Below are positions 28,290 through 42,779 of a DNA stretch of 64,000 nucleotides, in pieces. The notes below the pieces were generated by a model. It was not told the DNA's origin and ran no database searches. It saw nothing but the letters and a program-made list of their open reading frames with translations. Position numbers and translations under genes: made by a program. Source of the DNA: Octopus sinensis (taxonomy: Eukaryota); NCBI RefSeq assembly GCF_006345805.1, contig NC_043009.1:28706001-28770000 (forward strand), in the 5' to 3' direction. Numbering within the stretch: position 1 is the first letter of the stretch; every line of letters starts with the position of its first letter.

Positions 28290-29992
28290 GAGGAAATGGT
28301 AGAGGTCAGGATAAAGAGAGTGATGACCTAGTTACTTATATTTAGAAGACTTTATGTAGAATGTAGTCTTCAACCATTTAGAATTAAATCCATTGGGAGT
28401 TGTCAACTGCATTCTAGTTAATAGAGATAAATCAATTAATGTCAGACAATTTACTAGACACTCAATGTACTGGAACCATATTTCTAGCTTTATCTACATG
28501 AAAGGGTAGGTTGTAGGGTTAGTAGTAAAAGAATGTCTGATGGGAAAGGGGTGATAAGTGGAAGGAAGAAGGGTAAGGGTGGTCAATACTTATTTAGATT
28601 ATTAAATTAAAGAGGAATATAGTGAAAACCAAAAGAGATAAGTAATATAAACTTTCGGGGTGGAAATTAGAATTGAAGGATATGGGAAATAGTAATTTAT
28701 AACTTAGCAAATTTATAATATTGAATTGAGAAAATTTAAATCAATATATAGAAGAAGGACAATAATGAAATTTAAAACCTAATAATGGGGTACTTTAATA
28801 TACACGAAAAACTATTAAAACCTTTCCTAAACACAGTGTTTAGATGATTATGATAAAAACATTCTATAATGAATGTATAATGGAATTAAAATATCATATG
28901 AATAGAAATACAGAGTATATTTTAAACCAATATCAGAACTAAATTCTTTGTGACAGGTGGATAAAAATAAGATATCAGAAAAGATGATATCCAGTATATA
29001 GGGTAATTGAATTAGAGGTATACTAAATGTATGAGGGAGTACATTTAGATACAATACTTAAACCAATTTGGGAATGTAAACATTTGATGAATATTGTATG
29101 ATTTAAAAGTATACTAAAATAAGGATTCCAATATCTAGTAAATTATATGAAAAAGATCTTATAAATTGTCAAAAAAATTATAAATTATACACATTAAGAA
29201 AGTATATGAAAGGATATACAAATGTATAAAAATATCAAATATAAATATAAAAAATTTATAAAACATAGTGTGTAATTACAAATATAAAAAATATAATATA
29301 ATACAGGACTTAGAAAAAGTGAAGGACAAATATAAAAAATATAATTTAATACAGTGAGTTTTATGAAAAGAAATTATAAACTGCCAAACCCTTTATAAGC
29401 CATAGAAGCTACACAAATGTATAAGAGGGTATATAAATAAATAAAAATTTACTAATAAAGAATTTTATAAAATATTTCTGTATAGAATGATATAAAAGTA
29501 TAAGAGATATAAATTAGGATAAAATAAAATAAAATAAGGTTTATTTTATAAATTATAGTATAAATTATATTAGTATATTGAAAAGAATTCTTAGATATGT
29601 TATTATTATTAATACAATATAAAATAAAAATAAAAGTAAAAGAAAAAAGTACCTTTGGAAATGGGTTTATAAAATATTTCTAAAATACACCAAAGACACT
29701 GATCTAGGTAGAATAATAACAGATTTTAAGGGATATATCATATACTTAGGGGAGGTGTAAGATTTAGTAATCCATTGTAAAATTTATTATACAAACTGTG
29801 AGAGAAGAGAGAGAATCCCAATACTGAATGGGTAAATATATAATTTACTTATTGAATGATTACAGATCAAAGGGGATAAGGGTTATTAAAAAGCAATAAT
29901 ACATAGATTTCAAGATAATAGAGAGTATGCTATGAATGATATAACACCCTGGATAACTCGTGCTACCAAATTATAGCATGATATACTTATTA
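28290..29992 (-). mobile_element. Very AT-rich non-microsatellite segment, putative 3' non-coding part of the Penelope remnant
   Basis: Contiguous with the Penelope stop codon and uninterrupted by SINEs; assignment is inference. Confidence 0.35.
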
Positions 29993-31670
29993 TTAACTGC
30001 TTCTAAAGTATTTAAAGGTATGGGTAATCCTATGAACACACGACACTCTAAGATCTAATTTATTATTAATTAGGTTTTGTTTATCTCTATATTTGAATAT
30101 TTAATATATCTCCATACAACACAGTTCATATCCATTTTGGTTATTTGTGTATGACTGAGCTCTATGGACTTTATCCCATTTTAGGTTGAATTTAATATTT
30201 CTATCTTTGATTTTCAGAGATAACAAGGTACTGCTGGCTTTATGTCTAAGTCTAAAGGGTGAAAAATAATTATTCAAGCATTTTTTCATATTTACAGAAC
30301 ACCCAGTGTAAATGAAGTTATTAGTTTCTATCATTACTGTACATTAATATATAACATTTCCTGCTAAACACTGACCTAATAATGGGCAATGGAATCTTTC
30401 CCTACAATTGCAGCTGTGATTATTATTATTAGCATTACTTATCTGATTATTAATATTTATAGCCTCGTCATTCGAGGTACTCCTCAAAATCATAGAAGTG
30501 TTATCAAGTGTTATATCATGATTATTCAAATTAATATAATAGGTATTATTACTTATATTTATATTAACCCTATTGCCATGGATTATATCATTAGATGTTA
30601 TGCCATCAACCTGTAATGGTTGCATTTGAGATACTTGGTGTTTCATCTGTGGTTTATTGGCTCCGTTAATATTAGCTAAGCTGACTTGCATTGTTACTAG
30701 CTGAGAGTGGGTCATCAGTATTATCCATGATATCATTGATTCTTACATACCTACTATTATTAGAATTATTATTAGGGGTTAATCCACTATTACCATTATC
30801 ATTATCAATCTCACGGGCTAAGTTCATATTTTTTTACCTAGATTTGGAAGGGTGGAATATGAGATTCTGATTCTCCTACGGGAGAAGAGTTTGTTATACT
30901 TATATGAAGCTGGGAAGTTTTGCTCTAAAATCACCATAAATTTATTATATATATTAGTAGAGATTGCGCAGTTGAAAGGAATGTCATACCAGACAATGTT
31001 ATGATTCTTAGTATTCTTATGTTTATGAAAACGGATCCTATCAGTCTCTCTGCTATCTCTCAAACCTCTAGTTAGATTATTAATTATGTTATCATTATTG
31101 GTATTTATATTATTATTAAAATTGGCTCCATTTTTCTCATTCTTATCATTGCTGTTATTATACAAGCTAGATATTTTACCATCCATAGCTTCTATTTTAG
31201 TGTTGTTATACGTCTTTACTTTAATAGGAATATTATGGGCAATTCTTGTAGATCTATATGTTAGATTAGATGAACTAACTGGCCTTTTACACAATTTCAT
31301 TTTCTTTATTGCATTTAGTTGGTATCAAACTTTCTGAATTAAGGAATGCAATCTCCAGATTGTATCTCACCTTAGATAGAGCAGAGTTATAGAAGTGGGA
31401 ATATGAGTTAAATATATAAATAATAGCCGATAATTGTGTGATTCTACTCGAAATACCTTTTACTAATGATTTTAATACATTTAGGGATGATTAGAGGATC
31501 TGTTCACATACTTAGTAACCTCGTCTGGTAATATAAGCCAGAGTGAAGATCTGGAGGTGGCTAAGTTCTAATTTGAACCACTTTAAAACATAAAGAGGCA
31601 GTTTCTTGCAGATTGAATTCTCTTTTGGGCTGGATAATATGGAATAAATAATAATCGGTTAAAACCAAAC
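29993..31670 (-). pseudogene. Degenerate Penelope-like element: RT thumb plus GIY-YIG endonuclease
   Basis: YVNRSSNHP (31484-31510); NIVWYDIPFN..TNI..NFP..KLFSRRRIRISYSTLPNL; CNCRERFHCPLLGQCLAGNVIY; YTGCS..STLLS..KW..AQSY..LCCME; LINNKLDLRVSCVH. These match PLE consensus motifs; multiple stops and frameshifts. Confidence 0.88.
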
Positions 31671-32295
31671 TAGGTCCTTAATATTATTTTGCTGTGTAAC
31701 ACTTTAACTGAAAAGTGCATATGAGGTGTTTTTTCTTCTTTTATTTATTTCAGTCATTTGACTGCAGCCATGCTGGAGCACCACCTTTAGTTGAGTAAAT
31801 TGACCCCAGGACTTATTCTTTGTAAGTCTAGTACTTATTCTATTAGTCTCTCTTGCCGAACCGCTAAGTGACGGGGATGTAAACAAGTTGTCAAGCGATG
31901 TTAGGCGAACAAACACAGACACATGCACACACAAACATATATACATATACATGCATACATATATACATACATATAAATATATATATATATATATACATAC
32001 GACAGGCTTCTTTCAGTTTCTGTCAACCAAATCCACTCACAAGGCTTTGGTTGGCTTGAGGCTATAGTAGAAGACACTTGCCCAAGATGCCATGCAGTAA
32101 GACTGAAGCCGGAACCATGTGGTTGGTAAGCAAGCTGCTTACCACACAGCCACCCCTGCACCACAGTTCTCTTATATTCTAAACGTTATGTATGTACAGA
32201 ATGTACATACATGCATATTTCTCTCTGTTTCACTGTTTCTATGTCTGTCTGTTTGCCTGTCGGTCGGTCTGTCTGTCTGTCTGTCTGTCTATGTA

Positions 32296-32519
32296 CTGTC
32301 ATCCCTCAACTATCGCGGCTGTTACATTCCAGAACACCTCATGATAGGTGAAAATCCGCAAAGTAGAAATAGCACTGTACTGCCTATTTTTTAAAAATTA
32401 TTTTTATAATTTGTATATATTTATTTTATTATAAATGCAAAACAACACCACAGGGGAATCGACGTAAGCTTAAATATTAAACTGCGATAGGTGAATCTCA
32501 ATATGGCAGGGGATTACTG
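32296..32519 (+). mobile_element. pogo/Tigger-type MITE
   Basis: Ends CTGTCATCCCTC and GGGGATTACTG; TA TSDs; internal GCGATAGGTGAA repeats. Confidence 0.8.
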
Positions 32520-33079
32520 TATATATATATATGTGTGTGTATCTATTTATTTATCTATCTATTTATCTAACTATCTACGTGTTTATTTATCAATCTATCT
32601 ATTTGTGTGTGTGTGCATGTGCATCTGTGTGCACATAGATTTTGGCATTGCTAGATTCTCTAGAAAGACGTAAGGCATCAACTTTTGTGCTTCAATTTAT
32701 CAGCGCAGTCATTCATCCATCCATCCATCCATCCATCAATCCATCCAACAATCCACCCATCCACCCAAGCACCCTGACATCCATTCCACCTGGTTGCCAA
32801 GCAACAATCAAACCATCACATTACTACTACACTGACCAAAGTAGTCACCACTTTATACAGTGTTAGATACTCTTAAAAGCAAATGAATGGCTGGGAAGCA
32901 AATCAAATCAGAGAAGCTTCTAGAAGAGATGGAATTCTGCAAGCCTCATCGTTAAGTGTTATTGGAATCCTGTGAGAGTTGATGCATATCGATAAGTCTT
33001 TTGCTAAAATCAGTTTAATGTTGGTGTGAGAGAGACACAGAATGCCATTTAAGAAGGTTACCGATTTTAAACACCTTAA

Positions 33080-33688
33080 CACCATAATCAACACCACCAC
33101 CACCACCATCACCACTATCACCACCACTACCATCACCGCTGCTGCCACTGCTGCCACCACAACCATTGCCACCCTCACCACCACCACCACTGCCATTACT
33201 ATCATCATCACTACCACCATCACCACCACCATCACCACCACTACCATCACCGCTGCCACCACTGCCACTGCCATTGCCACCATCACCACCACTGGTACCG
33301 TCACCCCTGCTGCCACTGCCGCCACCACAACCATTGCCACCATCACCATCACCACCACCACACCACCACCACCACCATTGCCATTACTATCATCACTACC
33401 ACCATCACCACCACCACCACCACACCACCACCACCACCAAACCACCACCATCACCACCATCACCACCATTACCACCACCATCACCACCACCATCACCACC
33501 ACTGCCATTACTATCATCATCACTACCACCACCACCACCACCACCACCACCACCACCACATCACCATCATCACCAGCATCACCACCACCACTGCTACAGC
33601 CAGCAACTTGCTTTCCAGACCACCACCATCCCCACTACTACTACTAATACTACTACTACTATTACTACCACCACCACCACCACCACCT

Positions 33689-33728
<40 letters not shown>

Positions 33729-34760
33729 AATCTTTATCAGTACCAACACATCGTTGTCAACACCACCTCCTGTTAGCACCACCTCTACAGCTCTTGGCAC
33801 CCTCACCCTGACCACTACCACCCTCACCATTATCGCACTATCTCCAATACTACCACTTACATTACTTTATTGCTGATACCATTTAAAGCACTGGCGATAG
33901 CCTCACCACCACCACTGCTTTGTTGACTCCCCGTAATTATGTTATCTCAGACACTTCCTCCATCCCCGGTATCATCATCACCCCCATCATCATTGTCATC
34001 ATCATCATTGTTGTCAGCATCATCATCATCATCATTATTATTTCTATTATTTACACTACCTCCAACACTACGATGTTTGCCACTGTTGTCAGCACAACCA
34101 GCCATCACCAATCAGCAGTACCACCACCACCACCATCAATATCATCACTATCATCATCATCATCATCATCATAATTATCATTGTCATTGTCATCGTCTAC
34201 ATTGTCCTCCTCATCATCATCAATATCATCGACATAATTATCATCATAGTACCTCTCCTCTTCCTCCACAACTTCATCATCATCACCACCACCACCACCA
34301 CCACCACCATCATCATTCTCCTCCTCATCATCATCATCAACATGAAACCTCGTCATGATCCTCATCCCCACCCCCGCCTCCACCTAGCACGCACTCCACT
34401 GACACCATCTCCGCTAATGCCGCTAATTACATGATCAATGTTACTCACCACAACAATCACCACCACCACCACCACCACAACCACCACCATCATCACCATC
34501 ACCATCATTGTTACCATCATCATGATCATGATCATCATCATCATCATCATCGTTGTTATTGTAATTACATTCCCCACTGTTGTGACTAAAAATGATACCA
34601 TCACTAATGGTATAAGGAAAGTACTCTCTGCACCATTACTGCTGCAAACAGCATCATCATCAACACCATCATCATTGTCATAATACACTACCACCGACAC
34701 CATACCCATCACAACAACGGTGATGACCGCCACCACTGTCACCACCACCATATTTTCCTT
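33080..34760. repeat. Long degenerate (ACC)n/(ATC)n/(ACT)n tracts
   Basis: Seen directly; source of the poly-T/P/H/V ORFs. Confidence 0.93.
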
Positions 34761-34795
34761 CAATCTCAAATAATGTTTCCCAAATAATAAGTAAT

Positions 34796-35109
34796 GTGGA
34801 GGCACATGGCCTAGTGGTTAGAGCAGCGAGCTTGTGGTTGAGGGATCATGGGTTCAAATTTCACACCGGGAAAAGTGTGTAGTTAGAGCGAAACACCTAA
34901 GCTCCACGTGTCTCCGGCAGAAGGTAATGGCGAACGTCTGCTGATTCTTTTGCCACAACTTTCCCTCACTCTTTCCTCCTGCATCTAGCAGCTCACCTGT
35001 GATGCACCAGTGTCCCTTCCAGGTGGGAACCCTTATACCAATGAAACTGGGAAACCGGCCCTTATGAACCAGGCCTGGCTCAAGAAGGAACAAACAACAA
35101 CAGCAACAA
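34796..35109 (+). mobile_element. SINE family C copy
   Basis: Colinear with 15423-15729; CAAATAATAAG on both flanks. Confidence 0.88.
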
Positions 35110-35179
35110 CAAATAATAAGCAGTATTATATACATAAACAGTTCAATCATATTGGTGTTTATACATACATATGCATATG

Positions 35180-35222
<43 letters not shown>

Positions 35223-36245
35223 CCTTTAAAAATTTCTCCCAGGCATTACCTATTACAATTCATCTTGGCCCAATGGCCCTAAACATCTGTCTTTGTCCAA
35301 TTGTTTCTCTGGTCTCATTTGTTTGTTCAAAGCCCTAACTCTCCACAGATTTTATATTTTAAAAAATTTCTGGATGCTGCAGTCTTATGAAGTTTTCCTG
35401 TCTTGTCGTTAAAAGCACAAAACAAGTAGTATTAAATAGTCGACAACTGTAGAGAAGTTAGACTTCTTTTGGTATTTTGTCCCGTACTTGTCTCTTGTGT
35501 GTTTACATATTTTTCACTCATTGGTGATGTCCTGTACTTAATGTGCATTTTTTCGTTTTAATTTAATAAGTGAATGCCATGCAACCTTTGTCAGTGATAG
35601 ATGGATAGATATAGGTATAGATATATATTATGGTAGGTTTCAGCAAATGGATGTTGGCTCATTAAGTTGGCTTTTAGGTGTGGCTGTGTGGTAAGAAGTT
35701 TGCTTACCAACCTTTTGGTTCCAGGTTCAGTTCCAACGCATGACACCTTGGGCAAGTATCTTCTACTATATCCATGGGCCAATCAAAGCCTTATGAGTGG
35801 ATTTGGTAGATGGAAACTGAAAGAAGTCTGTTGTATATATGTATGTGTGTGCATGTGTATGAGTTTGTGTATGTGTGGTTGTTTGCGTGTGTTTGCATGT
35901 GTTTGTGTGTGTGCAAGTATGTGTGTTTTTGTATCTCTGTTTCTCCCTCCGCCACCACCACCACCTGATGACTGGTGTTGGTTTGTTCATGTCTTTGTAA
36001 TATGAGTGCTTCAGCAAAAAGGGACTGATAATGTAAGCACTGCAGTTGGTCGGTTTGACTAGAAGCCTTCAAGGTGGTGCCCCAGAATGGCCACAGTGCA
36101 GTGACTGAAACAAATAAAAGGTAGAAAAGGAACTAAATATACATACATATACATGCATACATACATACAAACGCACACACACACACACATATATATACAT
36201 ACATCCATACACACACATACATACATATATACATACACACATACA

Positions 36246-36281
<36 letters not shown>

Positions 36282-36343
36282 TATAAATACATACATATAT
36301 ATATAAATACATACACACACACACATATATATATATACATACA

Positions 36344-36381
<38 letters not shown>

Positions 36382-36395
36382 AATATACATAATAC

Positions 36396-36433
<38 letters not shown>

Positions 36434-36519
36434 TTATTTATCTGAATATAGCCTTCTGGCTCACCAGTCCTCAGTCAAACCGTCCAACCCCTGCCAGCAT
36501 GGAAAGCAGATGTTTAAAC

Positions 36520-36551
<32 letters not shown>

Positions 36552-37024
36552 GTGTATATATATGTATAGATAGATAGATATAGATATATACATGCACCTA
36601 TATATATGCATATTTACAAACAAATATATATTTGCATGTCTCGTGTTGAGCAACATGTATTCTGTCAGTTCTATCAAGCCAACAGTTCTATCAAGTGGGT
36701 GTATGTGCACATACATATGAGTGTGTGTGTGTGTGAGTATGTATGTGTGTGTGTATGTGTGTATGTATGTGTGTGTGTTTGTTTCCACATATCTATATAC
36801 ATATGTATACACAATCACTCCAATGCTGTCCAGCCATACATCCAATCTACACCCACAGATGTAGATAAGAAAATGCAGCAAAAACTGATGTAATGTCTTC
36901 TCCAACCCCACCACCACCACCACCACCACCACACCACCACCACCACCACCACCACCACCTCCGCTGCCTCTATAAATTTTATAACCAGCATCATCACTAC
37001 TATCATTATCACTATATATATACA

Positions 37025-37060
<36 letters not shown>

Positions 37061-37088
37061 ATATATATATATTATATATATATATATA

Positions 37089-37121
<33 letters not shown>

Positions 37122-37126
37122 ATATA

Positions 37127-37161
<35 letters not shown>

Positions 37162-37762
37162 CGTGTGTGTAGGTGTGTTTGTTTTGTATATGCATACGTT
37201 TGTTCTTCGTATCACCAAACTTCATCAGTAATTTCTGATTTCCATATGTACTTCAGTAACTGATCCATCCACTTAGTGTAGGAAATACTTGGTTCTTATT
37301 CTCTGTATGAGGAGGCTTCATATCTTTTCATCTATTTATTTATAGTTATATATACACTCATACACACACATGTTATTCTTATGTATACGTTTGCATGTAT
37401 ATATATTCATGTGAAAGTTGGTATATGATATAATAAAATATATAGTATATTGTATCTAATTAAATATTTAATAGATGAATAATATATATATTTAGATAGA
37501 TACGAAGATATAAGATAACAGAGGAATGATTATATATATACGAATATATGAATCCGATAAAAAAGTGTAAATACGAAATATGCAATTATGAATATATGAA
37601 TGATGGAATGAAGGCTATATATTCATGTGGGATAATCTTGGTGATGTATCTATCCATATATATCAGGCACATGTTTATATATACATATATATATATATAT
37701 CATATATGTACTTACATGCATAGATGCATACATGTATACTTACACGCAGACATTTATACATA

Positions 37763-37974
37763 TGACGGGGTGCTGAAAAGTCCCTGACTTTAAAAGGCTT
37801 GGTTGGAGGCCCAGCATTCCCTGTTCTTTTACAGGGCCTAGAAAAAATGAAGGACCACTGCAATAAGTGTGTGAATCTGAGAGGAGAATATGTTAAATAA
37901 AATCATAATTAACTGACCTGCTTGTATTCCACTTCTTTTTTAGCCGAAGGCAGGAAATTCTCAGACGCCCCTCA
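37763..37974 (+). mobile_element. Mariner-derived MITE (same family as 27058)
   Basis: TIRs, TA TSDs, AAGTGTGTGAATCTGAGA block. Confidence 0.85.
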
Positions 37975-38826
37975 TACAGACACAAACACACATATATGTG
38001 TATCTATATGTATGTATACATACATATATACATGTATATATATATTATGCATATATATACATGCATACACACACACACACACATACGTGTGTTAGCATGT
38101 ATAGGACATATAAGGGCCAGATTAAGACCCATCAAGGCCATAGGTACTTAAAAGATTTTGTTACCCCCACAAAAGATTATGTAATTCAAAATATAAACAA
38201 TAACAAACCATAAAATAAATTTTTATTTTTCAAAACGAAACAAAATAGTAAGAGGCAAAATAATGTTTATTTTTGTATATTTCCACTTTATTTAGATTTG
38301 AAAAGTTTCCTCTGACTTTTTTGAATTGCAAAGTCTTTGATCAGATCCTCAGGATTAATGTTAGGTAACACATCTGTATCAATACTTAGTAGAGATAAAG
38401 GCATCCCGAATATTATTTTAGCAAGTTCAAAGTAGTTTCTTTTGTGCCATAAACCATTTACCATTTCTGTGGTGCCCCCTCCTTCCCTTGATGCCCTTAG
38501 CATGTACTTATTTTGCTTAATGGTTAATCAAGCACTGGGACATATATATGATTTGCATGGACATGCTTGCATATGTGTGTATGTGTGTATATGTGTGTGT
38601 GTTATCATCATCATCATCATCGTTTAATGTCCATTTTCCATGCTACCATGTGTTGGATGGTTAGACCGGAGTCTGGGGAGCTAGGAGGCTGCACCAGGCT
38701 CCAGTCTGATCTGGTAGTGTTTCAAAAGCTGGATGCCCTTCCTAAGGTCAACCACTCTATGAGTGTAGTGGGTGCTTTTTATGTGCCAGCGGCACGGATA
38801 TATATATGTATGTATGTATATATAAG

Positions 38827-38892
<66 letters not shown>

Positions 38893-38904
38893 ATTATAGA
38901 TGTG

Positions 38905-39380
38905 ACTGTATGTGGTAAGAAATTTACTTCTCAATCACATGGTTCCAGGCTCAATCCCACTGCATGGCACCTTGGGCAAATGTCTTCTGCTATAACACTG
39001 ATCATATCAATGCAGCTTGTGTAGATTTAGTTGATGGAAAAAGAAAGAACCCTATTGTGTATATATTTGTGTATATATGTGTATGTGAGTGTGTATATCT
39101 ATGTGTGTATGTGTGTGAGTGTGTGCATGTTTATGTCTCCTTCTCTTAACATTGGATGATAGTTGTAAATGAGTGTCACTGTCATACAAGCAGTGTCATT
39201 CATTTCCAATCTTCTGCAAAAACATGTCTGGCCGTTGGGAGATATTTCTGTGCTTGGAAATTGGTGATGGCTGACTACAAGAAGGGCATCCAGCAATGGA
39301 AAATCTGCCTCTAAAAGCTTCATTAAGCACACATAAGGATAGAAAAGTGGATGCTATGATGATGATGATGATGATGATGA
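38905..39380 (+). mobile_element. SINE with family A head and RTE-like tail
   Basis: Family A head 38905-39060, microsatellite, then module matching 12135-12340 and (GAT)n. Confidence 0.75.
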
Positions 39381-39384
39381 TATG

Positions 39385-40205
39385 CAGGGTGTTCTGGTAA
39401 AATTTGTCAGTTTACATGAAAGGAAAAGAAAATACAATATGCCATCCAAAAATGAAGGTTTTTTTTTTTTAAATCAAAAACTATCAATCAAATTATGGTT
39501 GGAAGATAACAGTTCACTGAAAGTAGCTGCTTTCAACATCTCACATGGCCTCAAGATGGCCCGCAGAAGCTGAGAAGATCTTCGAATACTTCCTTAATCT
39601 TGGCCAGCAGACTTGGCCTTTGGTGATGCAGGGAGAGTGATTGCTGTCTTTCTCATCTGTGCCCCTCACATATTGATCCATGGGAATACAATCAGGGAAA
39701 CCAGGAAGCCAGAAACTAGGGCTGGTGAACTGATAGAAATTCTCCGACAACTATTTCTGGCTCATTCTGTAGTTATTGCAAGAAACTGAATCCTGCTGCC
39801 ACACATATGACCTTTCAGCAGCAACGCTCTCCAGTCAGATATTGACCACAATCTCCAGCAGCTTCACAGAGAAGTCTGAAATGAGCCTAAGGCCCTGTTC
39901 AAAGACCTGACGAAGAATGAGATCACCCTTACATGAGTCACCCCCAAAGGCTATCATAGTTTGGGGGAACTTGGTTTCCATGATGTCCATGTCATGTCTT
40001 ACAACCTTCATTGTTTTTACAGAGCATTGAGCAATAGTCAAGATGTGGGAATTTTCATACCCAGCATCAATCCTTATGATACAGGTAACTCTTTCTCAAT
40101 ATTCAGATGGCTTCCAGTTCTTCATACCATCTAGCTTTCTATCAACTTTAAGCTTCATGCTCTCCAACACTGTTGACTGTTCACTAATACATCAAGCTGT
40201 CCCTG
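39385..40205 (-). pseudogene. maT (DD37D) Tc1/mariner transposase remnant
   Basis: YVWQQDS...(37 residues, one stop)...WLPGFPDCIPMD; METKFPQTMIAFG..G motif upstream; CAGGG termini. Confidence 0.8.
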
Positions 40206-40282
40206 CAAAAAGGACACATAAAAATCATCAAATTTAGCCTGTGAACACTTGCCTATACACACACATATATACTTATATGCTC

Positions 40283-40314
<32 letters not shown>

Positions 40315-40914
40315 GTATGTGTGTGTGTGTGTTCTGGGTTTGTGTGAATATACATATAAATTTATATCAGCGTTTATATATGAATATATGATTAATATCT
40401 ATCTATCTACACATATATACATACATGAGTATATGTGTGCGTGTATGTATATATCTATATATAGAGAGATTGTATTTTCCTTGATAGTCGTCCATTTACT
40501 AGTAAATGCCTATTTATTTATTCATATATTCATATCATATACTTAAGTATTTAAATAGCCACTTTCAGCTCAATGCCAGCTTAGTCATATATATTTCACT
40601 ATATAACTTTTACTCACTCTGATTCTATCTTCACATGCATATATATGTGTGTGAGTTTGTGTGTGTGCACATACACATGTGTGTGTGAGTGTGGACTGTT
40701 CTATCTATATTTCTATCAGTTTTTATATCTATGTTTCTATCTATAATTCTATCAGCACTCGCTTAGTCATAGTAGTATACATTTAAACCATTCCAATTTC
40801 CATTTTTGTATTGGTTAGTCAGAGGCTGGAATCAGTGTCTACCTCATTTATCTGGGTCTGTATATCTCGTAGCAATGAATATATATATATCATATAAATG
40901 TTTATATAATATAG

Positions 40915-40963
<49 letters not shown>

Positions 40964-40967
40964 TAAT

Positions 40968-41007
<40 letters not shown>

Positions 41008-41169
41008 ACATATATAGATATGTGTGTATGTATATATATATATGTATGTATGTATGTATGTATACATACATATAAGTAGTTCAAATTTATAAAAAAAACA
41101 AAAGACAAAGACAGGCGTAGGAACAACAACCAAATGTATTAGTTTGACGCTTGAGAGAAATGGAAAAAT

Positions 41170-41205
41170 CTTTTACGTTTCGAGCCTATGCTCTTCAACA
41201 GAAAG
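41170..41205 (-). ncRNA. Candidate minimal type I hammerhead, CUGUUGA core
   Basis: CTTT-CTGTTGA-A-GAGC(ATAG)GCTC-GAAA-CG-TA-AAAG; palindromic stem III ACGT; in a ~175-bp island (41096-41270) flanked by (AT)n. Confidence 0.7.
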
Positions 41206-42371
41206 GAATGAGAAAATAAACAGAGAGAGAATAAAAAAAAATTTGTAGATTTCAGCGGTCGAGCATGGGAAATATATATATATATATATATATGTATGCA
41301 TGTATTCTTTTATTCATTTCAGTCATTTGACTGTGGCCATGCTGGAGCACCACCTTTAGTCGAACAAATCGACCACAGGACTTATTCTTTGCAAGCCTAG
41401 TACTTATTCTATTGGTCTCTTTTGCCAAACGGCTAAGTTACGGGAACATAAACACACCAGCATCGGTTATCAAGTGATGTTGGGGGGGGGACAAATACAG
41501 ACACACAAACATACACACATGCATACACACACACTCACACACACACACACAAACATATATATACAACGGGCTTATTTCAGTTTCCATCTACTAAATCCAC
41601 TCACAAGGCTTTGGTCAGCCAGAGGCTATAGTAGAAGACACTTGCCCAAGGTGCCATGCAGTGGGACTGAACCCAGAACCATGTGGTTGGTAAGCAAAGT
41701 ACTTACCACACAGCCACTCCTGCGCTTATTGATTTTATCTAACAGCAAAATATATAATATATATATATAAATATATATAATATCTATATATATAATATAT
41801 ATACATATAATATGTATTTATAATATATATACATATATGTAGACACATATATACACACACACATACATACATATACACACATACATGCACACACATAATA
41901 TATTTACACACACTTCATCATCTTCATCGTTGTCATCATCACTGTGTGAGGCATTTTAAGGTGCTTGTTTTTCCAAGCTTGCATTGGCCAGAAAGAGTTT
42001 ACTGAGGCAGGGTTTCTATGGCCTGATGCCTTTCCTCTCACCAACCCACTCACCTGTTTCATCATGGTCTGGCATATTTTCAGTTTGCCAGTAAACAACA
42101 CCAGTTGCATATTGGTGATTCACTTTTCATGACTTGCTGTGTGATGTCAATAATGGATATATATGTACACATGCATGTGTGTCTGTGTATACATATATGA
42201 TGGACTTCATTCAGTTTCCATCTGCCAAATCCACTCGCTTGGTTTTACTTGGCCTGAGGCTGTGGCTGACACTTGCTCAAGGTACCACAGAGTGGAACGG
42301 AACATGAAACCATATAATTAGGAAGCAACCACACAGCCATACTAGCATATATTTATGTGTGTGTGTGCATG

Positions 42372-42416
<45 letters not shown>

Positions 42417-42429
42417 ATAAACAAAATAA

Positions 42430-42779
42430 AGGGTAAAGTGTAAAGAACCCCTTCGGTCATAAATGACCATGGGTTTGCCCATAGAAAGTTCCCCTCTGAG
42501 GTACAAGTCCGGGCAAGTTTATTCATGGAAGACCAACAATCGCCCATGCATACCAGCCTCCCCTCTCCACACCACTGATGTCATACAAGGGAAAGCAAAG
42601 GGGCTGATACAGCTTGGTGCCAGTGATGTTGCAACTCATTTCTACAGCTGAGTTAACTGGAGCAACATGAAATAAAGTGTCTTGCTAAATAACACAACAC
42701 ACAGCCCAGCCCAAGAATTGAACTTACAACCTCATATCTGTAAGTCCAATGTTCTAACCACTGAGCTACGAACCTTCAC
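42430..42779 (-). mobile_element. SINE family D (tRNA head, TGTTGTGTT.TTGAGCAAGACAC domain, CTTTAC-type tail)
   Basis: Second copy at 57940-58268-. Confidence 0.82.

Noticed and set aside
37200-37240. CTGATGA on the minus strand with possible stem II
   Set aside because: GAAA absent and stems of 2-3 bp only; indistinguishable from chance.
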